Source: Ardenticatenales bacterium
GTDB lineage: Bacteria > Chloroflexota > Anaerolineae > Epilineales > Epilineaceae
Reading direction: 5' to 3'
NCBI GenBank assembly: GCA_020853525.1
Contig: JADYYS010000005.1
Span: 55,262-119,261, forward strand
Length of the DNA: 64,000 nucleotides
In this document: piece after piece, positions 45,741-58,703 of the stretch
Numbering within the stretch: the first letter of the stretch is position 1
How the letters are laid out: each line of letters opens with the position of its first letter
The notes under the pieces: generated by a model
What the model saw: only the letters and a program-made list of their open reading frames with translations
Database searches by the model: none
Told to the model about the DNA's origin: nothing
Made by a program: the position numbers and the translations under genes

Positions 45741-47365
45741 TGCGGACGCCGGCGACGTTCGTCTTGCGGCGCGCCCGGATCCACCGCTTCGACGGCGCCG
45801 AGCCGGCCACGGCGCTGGCCGTGCGCGAGGGGCGCATTGCGGCCATCGGCAGCGACCAGGACGTCTGGCGTGTCGTCGGCAGCGACACGCCGACGGTCGA
45901 CCTGCGGGGACGCGTGGTGCTGCCGGGGTTGATCGACGCGCACGTGCACTGGTGCACGTATGCCATCGCCCGACGCAGTCTCCAACTGGCGGGTGAGGAC
46001 GGCCTGCCCGACGTGCTCCGCCGCGTGCGCCAGCATGCGTCCGACCGGCCCGCCGGGCAGTGGATCACCGGCCGCGGTTGGGATCACAGCGCATGGGGAC
46101 GATGGCCGACCGCGGCCGACCTCGACGCCGTCACACCCCTTCATCCGGTGGTGCTGACCCGCAAGGACGGCCACGTGGCGTGGCTGAACAGCGCGGCGCT
46201 TGCTGCGTGCGGAATCGACGACGCGACCCCTGACCCCGAGGGTGGAGCGATCCAGCGGGCGGACGGCCAGCCGACGGGCCTGCTGATGGAGACGGCGCTT
46301 CGGCTGGCCAACGCGGCCGTCCCGCCGCCGGACACATACGCCCGCCAGGCCGCGATGATCGACGCGTGGCGGGACGCATGGTGCCGCGGCCTGACGAGCT
46401 TGCACGACATGGGCTTCCAGCGCCAGTCCCTCTTTCGGGACCTGGCGACGCTCCGCGATGCCGGCGAGCTCGGCCTGCGCTTCGTGTGGTACCTGCCGGA
46501 AACGGAACTCGATGAGGCCATCGGGCTCGGCCTCCGCTCGGGTCTTGGCGACGGCTGGCTGCGCGTCGGCGGTCTCAAGCTCTTTCTCGACGGCACCCTC
46601 GGCGCACAGACAGCCGCTATGCTGGCGCCGTACGATGGTCAAGCGGACAACGTCGGTCTGCCGACGATGAACGGCCCGGCGTTCGTCGATCTCGCCGGAC
46701 GGGCCGCGGCGGCCGGACTGGCCACGGCCGTGCATGCGATCGGCGACGGGGCGAACCGCACGGCCCTTGACGGCTTCGCCGACGTCGCGGCCACCGTGCC
46801 GGGCGCCTCGGCCATGAGGCAGCGGATCGAGCACTGTCAGATCGTCGCACCGGAGGACATTCAGCGCTTCGTTCAGCAGAACGTCACGGCATCCATGCAG
46901 CCGATCCACTGCACGGCGGACCACGTGATTGCCGAACGATACTGGGGCCTCCGCAACCGGACGAGCTATGCCTGGCGATCGATGTTGACGTCGGGCGCGG
47001 CGTTGGCCTTCGGCTCGGACGCACCCATCGAGTCGCTTGACGTCTTTGCCGGGGTTCATGCGGCCGTGACCCGTCAGACGGCGGTGGGCGAACCGCGCGG
47101 CGGCTGGCATCCCGAGCAGCGGGTGACGGTGCGGGAAGCGCTGCACGCCTACACGGCCGGTGCTGCGTACGCCGCCGGACTGGAGAACGAGGTCGGCTCG
47201 CTCAGCGTCGGTCGACAGGCCGACCTGATCGTCGTCGACCGCGACCCGCTGTCCGTTGCCGCGCCTGAGCTGCTGACGATCAAGGTGCTCGGCACGATGA
47301 TCGAGGGCATCTGGGTCTGGCAGGCGGCCGGCGCCGACATCGCCGGCCCGCGCCACGACAGCTGA
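45740..47365 (+). CDS. Amidohydrolase-family metal-dependent hydrolase (Amidohydro_3 / YtcJ-like)
   Basis: LPGLIDAHVHW near the N-terminus; HAIGDGAN, IEHCQ, ASMQPIH and AFGSDAPIE motifs of the TIM-barrel amidohydrolases. Confidence 0.8.
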   Translation: MRTPATFVLRRARIHRFDGAEPATALAVREGRIAAIGSDQDVWRVVGSDTPTVDLRGRVVLPGLIDAHVHWCTYAIARRSLQLAGEDGLPDVLRRVRQHASDRPAGQWITGRGWDHSAWGRWPTAADLDAVTPLHPVVLTRKDGHVAWLNSAALAACGIDDATPDPEGGAIQRADGQPTGLLMETALRLANAAVPPPDTYARQAAMIDAWRDAWCRGLTSLHDMGFQRQSLFRDLATLRDAGELGLRFVWYLPETELDEAIGLGLRSGLGDGWLRVGGLKLFLDGTLGAQTAAMLAPYDGQADNVGLPTMNGPAFVDLAGRAAAAGLATAVHAIGDGANRTALDGFADVAATVPGASAMRQRIEHCQIVAPEDIQRFVQQNVTASMQPIHCTADHVIAERYWGLRNRTSYAWRSMLTSGAALAFGSDAPIESLDVFAGVHAAVTRQTAVGEPRGGWHPEQRVTVREALHAYTAGAAYAAGLENEVGSLSVGRQADLIVVDRDPLSVAAPELLTIKVLGTMIEGIWVWQAAGADIAGPRHDS

Positions 47366-47368
47366 AGC

Positions 47369-48361
47369 GTGGCCGAGCATGCCGTTCGCACCGCACGGGG
47401 GGTGTTGCTGCCCGTCGTCGCGCTCGTGACCGCCGTGCTGGCGATCAGCACGTCCGCCATCCTGATACAGGCCGCGCGCGCCGAAGTGCCGGCCCTGGCG
47501 ATGGCCACGTGGCGGATGGTGCTTGCCGCGCTCGCGTCCGGCTCGTTCGCCCTGGCATCGCCGCGCGCCCGGCGTGAGCTGGCGTCCATCGACCGCCGCG
47601 GCTGGACCTTGGTGGCGCTGGCGGCGTTCTTCCTGGCATCGCACTTCGGCCTATGGGTGCCGTCCGTCACGGGCACCAAGATCGTGAGCTCGGTGGCGCT
47701 CGTCACGACGAGCCCGCTGTGGGTCGCCGTGCTTGCGCCACGCTGGATCGGCGAGAGCGTGGGCTGGCAGCTGCGCGCCGCAGTGCTCGTCGGGTTCGGT
47801 GGTGCGATCACGATCATGCTCGGCGACGCGATGTCGTTCGGGCGCAGCCACTTGATCGCCGACGGGCTTGCGCTCGGCGGGGCGCTCGCCGTGGCCTGCT
47901 ACTTCATGGTGGCCCGCCGGCTGCGGCAAGTGCTCTCGCTGCGCTCCTTCCTGGCGGCCGTGTACGCCGCATCCGCCTTGATCCTCCTCGCCGCGGCGCT
48001 GACCGCCGGCACCCCGCTCGGCGGATGGACCGCGCGCTCCTGGCTGCTGGTCGGCGCCTTTGCTCTCTTCCCTCAGCTCATCGGCCACAGCACGCTCAAC
48101 TGGGCGCTCGCCCGACTGTCGGCCACCTACGTGGCGGCAGCGACGCTGTTCGAGCCTGTCGGCAGCGCGGTCCTCGCGTTCTGGATCTTCGGACAGGTGC
48201 CCGTGCCGACCGCCTGGGCCGGCGGTGCCCTCGTCCTGCTCGCGCTCGGCTGGGCGACGCTGGCGGAACGCCCGGCCGTGCGCCGCGCCGCCGCAACGAC
48301 GAACGTCCAGGCTGCGGCGGGCATGCCCACCCCGGAGGATGACGATGCCCCACTCCGCTGA
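47369..48361 (+). CDS. EamA/DMT-superfamily transporter
   Basis: About 10 TM helices in two repeated halves. No soluble domain. Confidence 0.75.
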   Translation: MAEHAVRTARGVLLPVVALVTAVLAISTSAILIQAARAEVPALAMATWRMVLAALASGSFALASPRARRELASIDRRGWTLVALAAFFLASHFGLWVPSVTGTKIVSSVALVTTSPLWVAVLAPRWIGESVGWQLRAAVLVGFGGAITIMLGDAMSFGRSHLIADGLALGGALAVACYFMVARRLRQVLSLRSFLAAVYAASALILLAAALTAGTPLGGWTARSWLLVGAFALFPQLIGHSTLNWALARLSATYVAAATLFEPVGSAVLAFWIFGQVPVPTAWAGGALVLLALGWATLAERPAVRRAAATTNVQAAAGMPTPEDDDAPLR

Positions 48362-48755
48362 CGTTCACGCCTTCCCACTGCGCGTCCGCTACGCCGAGAC
48401 CGACGCGGCCGGGCTCGCCCATCACGGCAGCTATCTGCCGTGGTTCGAGGCCGCGCGGGTGGAGTGGCTGCGTGCGCACGGCATCGTGTACGCCGAGCTG
48501 GAGCGGGAGGGCTATCACCTGGCCGTCGTCGAGGCGTTCATCCGCTACGTGGCCCCGGCCAGGTTCGACGATGCGCTGTTGGTGCGGACCGGACTTGTGG
48601 ACATGCGCAGCCGCGAGGCAACGTTCGTCTATGAGGTCGTCACCGACACGGCCCATCCGCGCCAGCTCGCGAACGGCCGAACCCGCCACATCTGCCTGTT
48701 TCGCGGACAGGTGGCCAAGCTGCCCGAGGCGGTGCGCCGGCTGGCGGGCGCGTGA
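48345..48755 (+). CDS. Acyl-CoA thioesterase, YbgC/4HBT hot-dog family
   Basis: RVRYAETDAAGLAHHGSYLPWFEAARVEWLR motif. ATG 48345 is 6 nt after GGAGG and overlaps the end of the EamA gene. Confidence 0.8.
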   Translation: MPHSADVHAFPLRVRYAETDAAGLAHHGSYLPWFEAARVEWLRAHGIVYAELEREGYHLAVVEAFIRYVAPARFDDALLVRTGLVDMRSREATFVYEVVTDTAHPRQLANGRTRHICLFRGQVAKLPEAVRRLAGA

Positions 48756-48785
48756 GCCCCCCGCGCACCCGGCGCTGACGGCCCG

Positions 48786-49286
48786 CTACCCGCCCTGCAG
48801 ATGCTCGTCGATCATCCGCCCGACGACATCGACCGCGGCATCGAGGGCAAGCGAGAGCTCGCCGCAGAGCATGACGCGCGCCTGCTCGAACAGACGAGCC
48901 TCCGTCGGCGAGAACACGCGATCGCGGCCGCGCGCCGCCAAGTCGCGCACGAGCATGGCCAGCACGTCGAGGTTGCCGGTGCGCAGCCGGTCGGCGATGG
49001 CCGCCTGCCGCGTCTTGAAGTCGTCGGGCAGCGCGTCGGCCGCGGACTGGAGGGCTTCGAGCGCGCTCGTGGCGGCCGTCGGGATCGCCACGGCGCGCAA
49101 GCCGATCGTCGACGCCGTGCGAACCGGAACGAGCACGCGCATCGGCGGCGCGACGAGCTGGATCGCGTAGTAGCGATTGAAGTCCTCATGCAGCGCCGGC
49201 CGTTCGATCGCAATGACGATGCCGGCGCCATGCGCCGGGTGGAACACACGGTCGCCCACGCCGAACGGCAGCTCGTCGTCAAGCAA
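48786..49286 (-). CDS. carD: CarD/CdnL-family RNA-polymerase-binding transcriptional regulator
   Basis: N-terminal Tudor-like FGVGDRVFHPAHGAGIVIAIE...YYAIQL. About 166 aa with TTG 49286, which overlaps the upstream stop. Confidence 0.8.
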   Translation of the reverse strand: MLDDELPFGVGDRVFHPAHGAGIVIAIERPALHEDFNRYYAIQLVAPPMRVLVPVRTASTIGLRAVAIPTAATSALEALQSAADALPDDFKTRQAAIADRLRTGNLDVLAMLVRDLAARGRDRVFSPTEARLFEQARVMLCGELSLALDAAVDVVGRMIDEHLQGG

Positions 49287-49923
49287 GGGGCACCACGTCC
49301 ACGGCTTGCGGGCCACGGCCCGTATGCTCGATCTCGTACTCGACCGGCGTACCCTCCCGCATCGCGGTGGGGTCGGCCAGAAGGATGCCGCTGGCATGCA
49401 GGAACAACTCGCCACCCTCGTCGTCGGCGATGAATCCGTAGCCCCTGGCCGGATCGAACCACTTCACGATGCCGACATACCGCACGCGCAGCTCGGTCTG
49501 CCGCGGCGGGTGTCGGTCCGGTCGGCCGCCGGTGCCACCGCCGGGGCGCCCACCGGGGCGCCCACCGGGACGCCCGTGCCCGGCGCGAGGCGGACCGCCG
49601 TCCCGGCCGCCGGATCGCCCGCCACGCCGGTCGTCGCCCGCGCCGCTGCGACGAACACCCGGGCCAGAGGGCATGGGCCCGCGTTCGGCGGCGCGCGGTC
49701 GATCCGCGTTCCCCGCCGCCGGTTGGCGCTCCTGGCGCGGCTCATCGGCGTCCACCAATCCGGTCTCGACCGGCTGGACGTCGGCGCTCTTGCAGCGCGG
49801 GCAGAAGAGCAGCGTACCGCTCTCCCACAGGCCAAGCTCAGCGCGCTGCCGCTGTTCGCGGACGGTGAAGACAAACCGGTAACCACATGCGCCACAGCGC
49901 ATCGGCTGATCCCGCAAGGCCAT
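49279..49923 (-). CDS. Zinc-ribbon + Arg/Gly-rich linker + C-terminal cold-shock domain protein
   Basis: ATG 49923 is 7 nt after AGGAGA. CxxC...CxxC (CGACGY...CPRCKS). Linker RRGGRSGGRDGG...GRPGGRPGGRPGG. CSD motifs GIVKWFDPARGYGFI and LFLHAS. Confidence 0.7.
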   Translation of the reverse strand: MALRDQPMRCGACGYRFVFTVREQRQRAELGLWESGTLLFCPRCKSADVQPVETGLVDADEPRQERQPAAGNADRPRAAERGPMPSGPGVRRSGAGDDRRGGRSGGRDGGPPRAGHGRPGGRPGGRPGGGTGGRPDRHPPRQTELRVRYVGIVKWFDPARGYGFIADDEGGELFLHASGILLADPTAMREGTPVEYEIEHTGRGPQAVDVVPLA

Positions 49924-49978
49924 TGGGCCGTCTCCTGATCGTGATACGACGGGGCGCAACGCGCCCGCCGTTGGTCAT

Positions 49979-51496
49979 CTACTCGTCGTCGACCCCGGTG
50001 CCCGATTCGTCCGGCGCATCGCTTTCGACGCTGCTCGCGACCTCCGTCGGTTCGTCCGCCGTCGGATCCGCATCCGGTACCGCGGGTTCGACGTGTCGCA
50101 GGTGCTCGGGTACCCGCTTCAGGCTGAGGCCAAGTCGCTGGCGGTCCGGATCGAGCGCGATGATCTCCACCGTGACGGTCTGCCCGGCGCGTACGGCCTC
50201 CGATGGATGGCGCACCGGCACGTCGGACAGCTCGGAGACGTGAATCAATCCCTCGAGGTGATCCTGGAGCCGCACGAACGCCCCGAAATCGGCCATGTTC
50301 ACGACGACGCCATCGACCAGCTCGCCGACGTAGTGTTCCTCCGCCGCGATCGCCCACGGATCCTTCAGCAGGCGCTTCATACTGAGGCTGATCCGTTTGC
50401 GCTCCCGGTCGATCGAAAGCACCTGTACATCGACCTCGTCGCCGATCTTCACGATGTCGCTCGGACGACGGTTCCGATCGAAGCTCATCTCCGAGACGTG
50501 GACCAGGCCATCCGCGCCGCCGAGATCGATGAACGCCCCGAACTCGGCGATCGAGGTGACGCGGCCCCGCCGCACGTCCCCCTCGTTCAGATCGCCGAGC
50601 AGTTGGCGCTTGCGCTCGGAGCGCCACTCGCGCGCGGCCTGCCGTTCGCTCATGATGAGCCGGCGCTTCGCCCGGCTGACCTCGACGACCTTGACGACGA
50701 TCCGCTCGCCGACGAACTCGGCCATGCGCTCCGGACCGCCTTCCGGCATCGGACGGGCCATCTGGCTGCGCGGGATGAATCCCTGCAGACCCCCGAAGCC
50801 CACGAGCAGTCCGCCGCGATTGAACCCGACGATCTCGAGCTCGACCACCTGCCCGTTCTCGAGCAACTCCTCCGCCCGCGTCCAGTCCTCGCCGGTCAGC
50901 GCCTGAGACAGCGAGAGGACGATCTCCCCGTCCCGGCCGTCCGGCCGCATGACGACGAGCTGGATCGTGTCGCCCGGCTGCACGGCATCCCACACGGCCT
51001 TCGGCACGCGGGCGATGTCGCTGGCCGGGACGACGGCCTCCTGTTTTGCGCCGAGGTTCACCGTCAGCTGATCGCGCGACTTGCTGACAACCGCGCCCTC
51101 CACGACGTCGCCGCGCTGATAGCGACTCGGGAGGAAGTCGCCTTCTTCGAGGAGCAACGCCATCATCGACGTCCCCTCGGCTTCGGCCCGCGCCGCAAGA
51201 TCCTCCATCGACGAACCCGACTCGTCCGGCGCGCGCAGCTCCGCGATCGGCGGAGCGGGTGCGGGCCCGTCGTCCGCATCGCCTCCGCTGAGATCGTCGA
51301 CCTGTGTCCCCGCGTCCGTCGGCTCACCGTCCGTTGTGTCCGGCACTGCTGTGTCCGGCACTGTCGTGTCCGGCGACGTAGTGTCCGGCGATGTGCCGTC
51401 CATGGCGGTTTCGGCGTCGGTGCGCTCCTCGGCCGGTGCGTCCGGGAGAATCGCCGGGCCCTCGACGTCTTGCGTGTCGTCAGCGTCGTCGTGCAT
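49979..51496 (-). CDS. rpsA: 30S ribosomal protein S1 (four S1 domains) with an acidic, repeat-containing N-terminal extension
   Basis: S1 domain cores: GDVVEGAVVSK, GQVVELEIVGFNRGGLLV, GDVRRGRVTSIAEFGAFIDL, GELVDGVVVNMADFGAFVRL. The N-terminal ~100 aa is D/T/P-rich. Confidence 0.85.
   Translation of the reverse strand: MHDDADDTQDVEGPAILPDAPAEERTDAETAMDGTSPDTTSPDTTVPDTAVPDTTDGEPTDAGTQVDDLSGGDADDGPAPAPPIAELRAPDESGSSMEDLAARAEAEGTSMMALLLEEGDFLPSRYQRGDVVEGAVVSKSRDQLTVNLGAKQEAVVPASDIARVPKAVWDAVQPGDTIQLVVMRPDGRDGEIVLSLSQALTGEDWTRAEELLENGQVVELEIVGFNRGGLLVGFGGLQGFIPRSQMARPMPEGGPERMAEFVGERIVVKVVEVSRAKRRLIMSERQAAREWRSERKRQLLGDLNEGDVRRGRVTSIAEFGAFIDLGGADGLVHVSEMSFDRNRRPSDIVKIGDEVDVQVLSIDRERKRISLSMKRLLKDPWAIAAEEHYVGELVDGVVVNMADFGAFVRLQDHLEGLIHVSELSDVPVRHPSEAVRAGQTVTVEIIALDPDRQRLGLSLKRVPEHLRHVEPAVPDADPTADEPTEVASSVESDAPDESGTGVDDE
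51336..51395 (-). repeat. Imperfect 4 x 15-nt in-frame tandem repeat encoding (T/S)(S/V)PDT-type pentapeptides in the rpsA N-terminal extension
   Basis: Plus strand gtgtccggcactgct/gtgtccggcactgtc/gtgtccggcgacgta/gtgtccggcgatgtg. Protein TSPDTTSPDTTVPDTAVPDTT. Confidence 0.9.
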
Positions 51497-51531
51497 GGTC
51501 CTCTACTTCTCGAGCAGTCGGTTGAGTGGGA

Positions 51532-56025
<4,494 letters not shown>

Positions 56026-56218
56026 GGATCCTGTCCTCCGTTGGTTGTTGCCGCAGGCGGGCGCGGCGCGCAGCTGGCGGTCGGCAAGTGCCCGTTCCGG
56101 CCAGCGCCGGGACGGGTGCGCACGGGCATCGAACGTAAGGAAGGCGCCGCCGGGCGGACGGCGCCGGTCTCGTCAAGGGATCGGGGAAATGACGAGCATG
56201 CGGGCTGAGCCCGAGGGG

Positions 56219-56248
56219 ATTATAGCCGCCGGGGCGCACGCCGGTCAA
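56219..56248 (-). promoter_or_regulatory. Strong sigma-70-like promoter candidate for rpoC (TTGACC-18 nt-TATAAT)
   Basis: On the minus strand: -35 at 56248-56243 and -10 at 56224-56219, implying a ~185-nt leader before TTG 56025. Confidence 0.45.
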
Positions 56249-56291
56249 CTGCGTCCTCCCGGAAGGATGGGACGGGTCGAGGCGTTCGGCT

Positions 56292-56320
56292 TTGACCGCG
56301 TCCGGCCGGCGCCCTAGACT
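56292..56320 (+). promoter_or_regulatory. Sigma-70-like promoter candidate (TTGACC-17 nt-TAGACT) for the downstream hypothetical gene
   Basis: -35 at 56292-56297 and -10 at 56315-56320, about 50 nt upstream of ATG 56370. Confidence 0.4.
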
Positions 56321-56369
56321 TGCCCGCTATCGCCCCGCCCACCCTCCGCCCAGTCACGGAATTCACCCC

Positions 56370-57050
56370 ATGATCTACCGCGCACCAGAGCGCTCCACGC
56401 CCGCGCGAGGCCGCGCGGTGACGCACGAGCTCGCGGCGCTCCTCGTCGGCATGGCCCTACTGGCGGCCGTGATCCTGCAGTTCGCCTGCGCCGGTGCGGG
56501 TCCGGATGCGTCTGCCGGCCGGTGGATCTGCGTGAACAATGCCCGCCTTGCCGCGCTGCGCCCGGCCACGCCGACGCCGACCGGCACCGCGCGTGCCGGC
56601 CGCGGCGGGGCGATTCGCCCCATCGCCCAGGCCACCTCGATCGTTCCGTCCGCGCCGACCATGTCCGCGATTGGATCCAAGGCGCCCGACACCGAGGGCT
56701 TGTTCGGATCGTGGCCAACGCCGACGGTCAGCCCCCAGAACGACGCGTTGGGCTATCCCGGCGCCGGCCGCAATCCCTCCCGCAGCCTTCCGTCGCCCAG
56801 CGTCCCCGTGCCCGACCCCTTCGATGCCCGACGAACGACGCTCACCGCCCTCGCTGCCGAGGGTCTGGCGGCCGCGACTGCCCGCGCGTTGGCGAATCAG
56901 TCCGCTGCCACGGCCACCGTCACCGCAACCACTTTCACCACGACGGGCACCGCGTCGCCCACACCGACGCCGGGGCCCGGTACGCCGTCGGTCACGCCGG
57001 GTCCCACCCCAACCGACACCGCATCCCCGACGGAAACCGGCTATCCGTAA
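56370..57050 (+). CDS. Hypothetical membrane-anchored or secreted Pro/Thr-rich protein
   Basis: ATG 56370. One N-terminal hydrophobic helix (LAALLVGMALLAAVILQFAC), then a low-complexity T/P/A-rich sequence. Coding status is moderate. Confidence 0.45.
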   Translation: MIYRAPERSTPARGRAVTHELAALLVGMALLAAVILQFACAGAGPDASAGRWICVNNARLAALRPATPTPTGTARAGRGGAIRPIAQATSIVPSAPTMSAIGSKAPDTEGLFGSWPTPTVSPQNDALGYPGAGRNPSRSLPSPSVPVPDPFDARRTTLTALAAEGLAAATARALANQSAATATVTATTFTTTGTASPTPTPGPGTPSVTPGPTPTDTASPTETGYP

Positions 57051-57072
57051 GCCCTCGCCGGAGAGCCCCACC

Positions 57073-58683
57073 ATGACACCGGCCGCGGGGCGCGTTCAAG
57101 CTGCCGTGCCCGCGGGACCAGCCGGACTGGAAATCGTCCGGCACCAGTTGGCCGCGGTGTGTGACGCGATGGGTGCCACGCTCATGCGCGCCGCCAGTTC
57201 GCCGAACATCAAGGAGCGCCTGGACTTCTCCTGCGCGGTGTTCGACGGTGACGGCCGTCTGCTGGCACAAGCCGCGCACATACCGGTCCACCTAGGCGCG
57301 CTGCCCGCCGCCGTCGCCGCGGCGGCCGCCGCCGGCCCGTGGCGGCCGGGCGACGCCGTCCTCCTCAACGACCCGTACGCGGGGGGCAGCCACCTCCCCG
57401 ACCTGACGCTCGTGACGCCCGTGTTCGACGTCGGCGGCCCGGCGCAGCGGCAGGCTCGCCCCGTCGCCTTTCTCGTCAGCCGAGCCCACCACGCGGACGT
57501 GGGCGGCATGGCGGCCGGCTCCCTGCCCAGTGCCGACGATCTGTTCGGGGAAGGGCTGATCCTACCCCCGGTTCGCCTGGTCGACCGCGGGCGGCGCGTC
57601 GCCGACGTTTGGCGGATCGTCGCGGCGAACAGCCGGACACCGGATGCGCGGTGGTCCGACCTCGAGGCGCAGGCATCCGCGCACCGAGCCGGTGAGGCTC
57701 GGCTCACCGCGCTCCTCACGAGCGAACCCGCCTTCCTCTCGCGCGCCGACGCGCTCCTGGCGTGGAGCCACGCGCTCGCCGCGGCACGGCTTGCCGCACT
57801 CCCCCACGGCACGGCCTCCTTCGGCGACGCGCTCGACGACAACGGCCGGACCGCCGCGCCGTTGCCCGTCATGGTCAGGGTGCATGTCGACGGCCGGCGG
57901 CTGGCGTTCGACTTCGCCGGCAGCGCCCCGGAGACGATCGGCGGCTTGAACGCGCCGCTGAGCGTGACGCGATCCGCCGCGCTGTACGTGGCGTGCTGTC
58001 TCATGCCGGACGTGCCCATCAACGACGGGCTCTTCCGGGTCGTGGAGGTCAGCGCGCCGGCGGGGAGCATCGTGAACCCCGCCCGTCCCGCAGCCGTGGC
58101 TGCCGGCAACGTCGAGACGAGCCAGCGGATCGTCGACGTGCTGCTCGGCGCGCTCCACGCGCTCGGTGTGCCCGGGATCCCGGCTGCCAGCCAGGGCACG
58201 ATGAACAACCTGCTGGCCGGCGGTACGGACGCGGACGGTCGGCCATGGGCGTACTACGAGACGATGGGCGGCGGCGGCGGCGCCGCGCCCGGACATGCCG
58301 GGACCAGCGGCCTCCAGGTCCACATGACGAACACGCGCAACACGCCCATCGAAGCGCTCGAGTCGGCGTATCCCATCCGCGTCGAGACGTACGCGGTCCG
58401 CCGCGGCTCGGGCGGCAGCGGGCGGTGGGCCGGCGGCGACGGCGTGGTCCGTCGGCTGCGATTCCTGGCGCCGGCCCAAGTCACGCTCGTCACCGAACGC
58501 CGACATGTCGCACCGTGGGGCCTCGCCGGCGGCGGAAGCGGCGCCGTCGGCGAGAACCGGTGGTGGCGCGCCGGGCGCGCACGGCGGCTCCCCGGCAAGC
58601 GGACGTTTCGCGTGGGCGCAGGCGATGCCGTGGAGGTGCGATCGCCGGGCGGCGGCGGGTACGGCGAGCCCGAGGTCGGCTGA
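57073..58683 (+). CDS. Hydantoinase B / oxoprolinase family protein (HyuB-like)
   Basis: LEIVRHQLAAVCDAMGATLMRAASSPNIKERLDFSCAVFD...IPVHLGA, and GGGGYGEP near the C-terminus. The track ORF start at 56539 lies in the previous gene. Confidence 0.8.
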   Translation: MTPAAGRVQAAVPAGPAGLEIVRHQLAAVCDAMGATLMRAASSPNIKERLDFSCAVFDGDGRLLAQAAHIPVHLGALPAAVAAAAAAGPWRPGDAVLLNDPYAGGSHLPDLTLVTPVFDVGGPAQRQARPVAFLVSRAHHADVGGMAAGSLPSADDLFGEGLILPPVRLVDRGRRVADVWRIVAANSRTPDARWSDLEAQASAHRAGEARLTALLTSEPAFLSRADALLAWSHALAAARLAALPHGTASFGDALDDNGRTAAPLPVMVRVHVDGRRLAFDFAGSAPETIGGLNAPLSVTRSAALYVACCLMPDVPINDGLFRVVEVSAPAGSIVNPARPAAVAAGNVETSQRIVDVLLGALHALGVPGIPAASQGTMNNLLAGGTDADGRPWAYYETMGGGGGAAPGHAGTSGLQVHMTNTRNTPIEALESAYPIRVETYAVRRGSGGSGRWAGGDGVVRRLRFLAPAQVTLVTERRHVAPWGLAGGGSGAVGENRWWRAGRARRLPGKRTFRVGAGDAVEVRSPGGGGYGEPEVG

Positions 58684-58703
58684 ACCGACGCCGTTCGGCC
58701 GCT

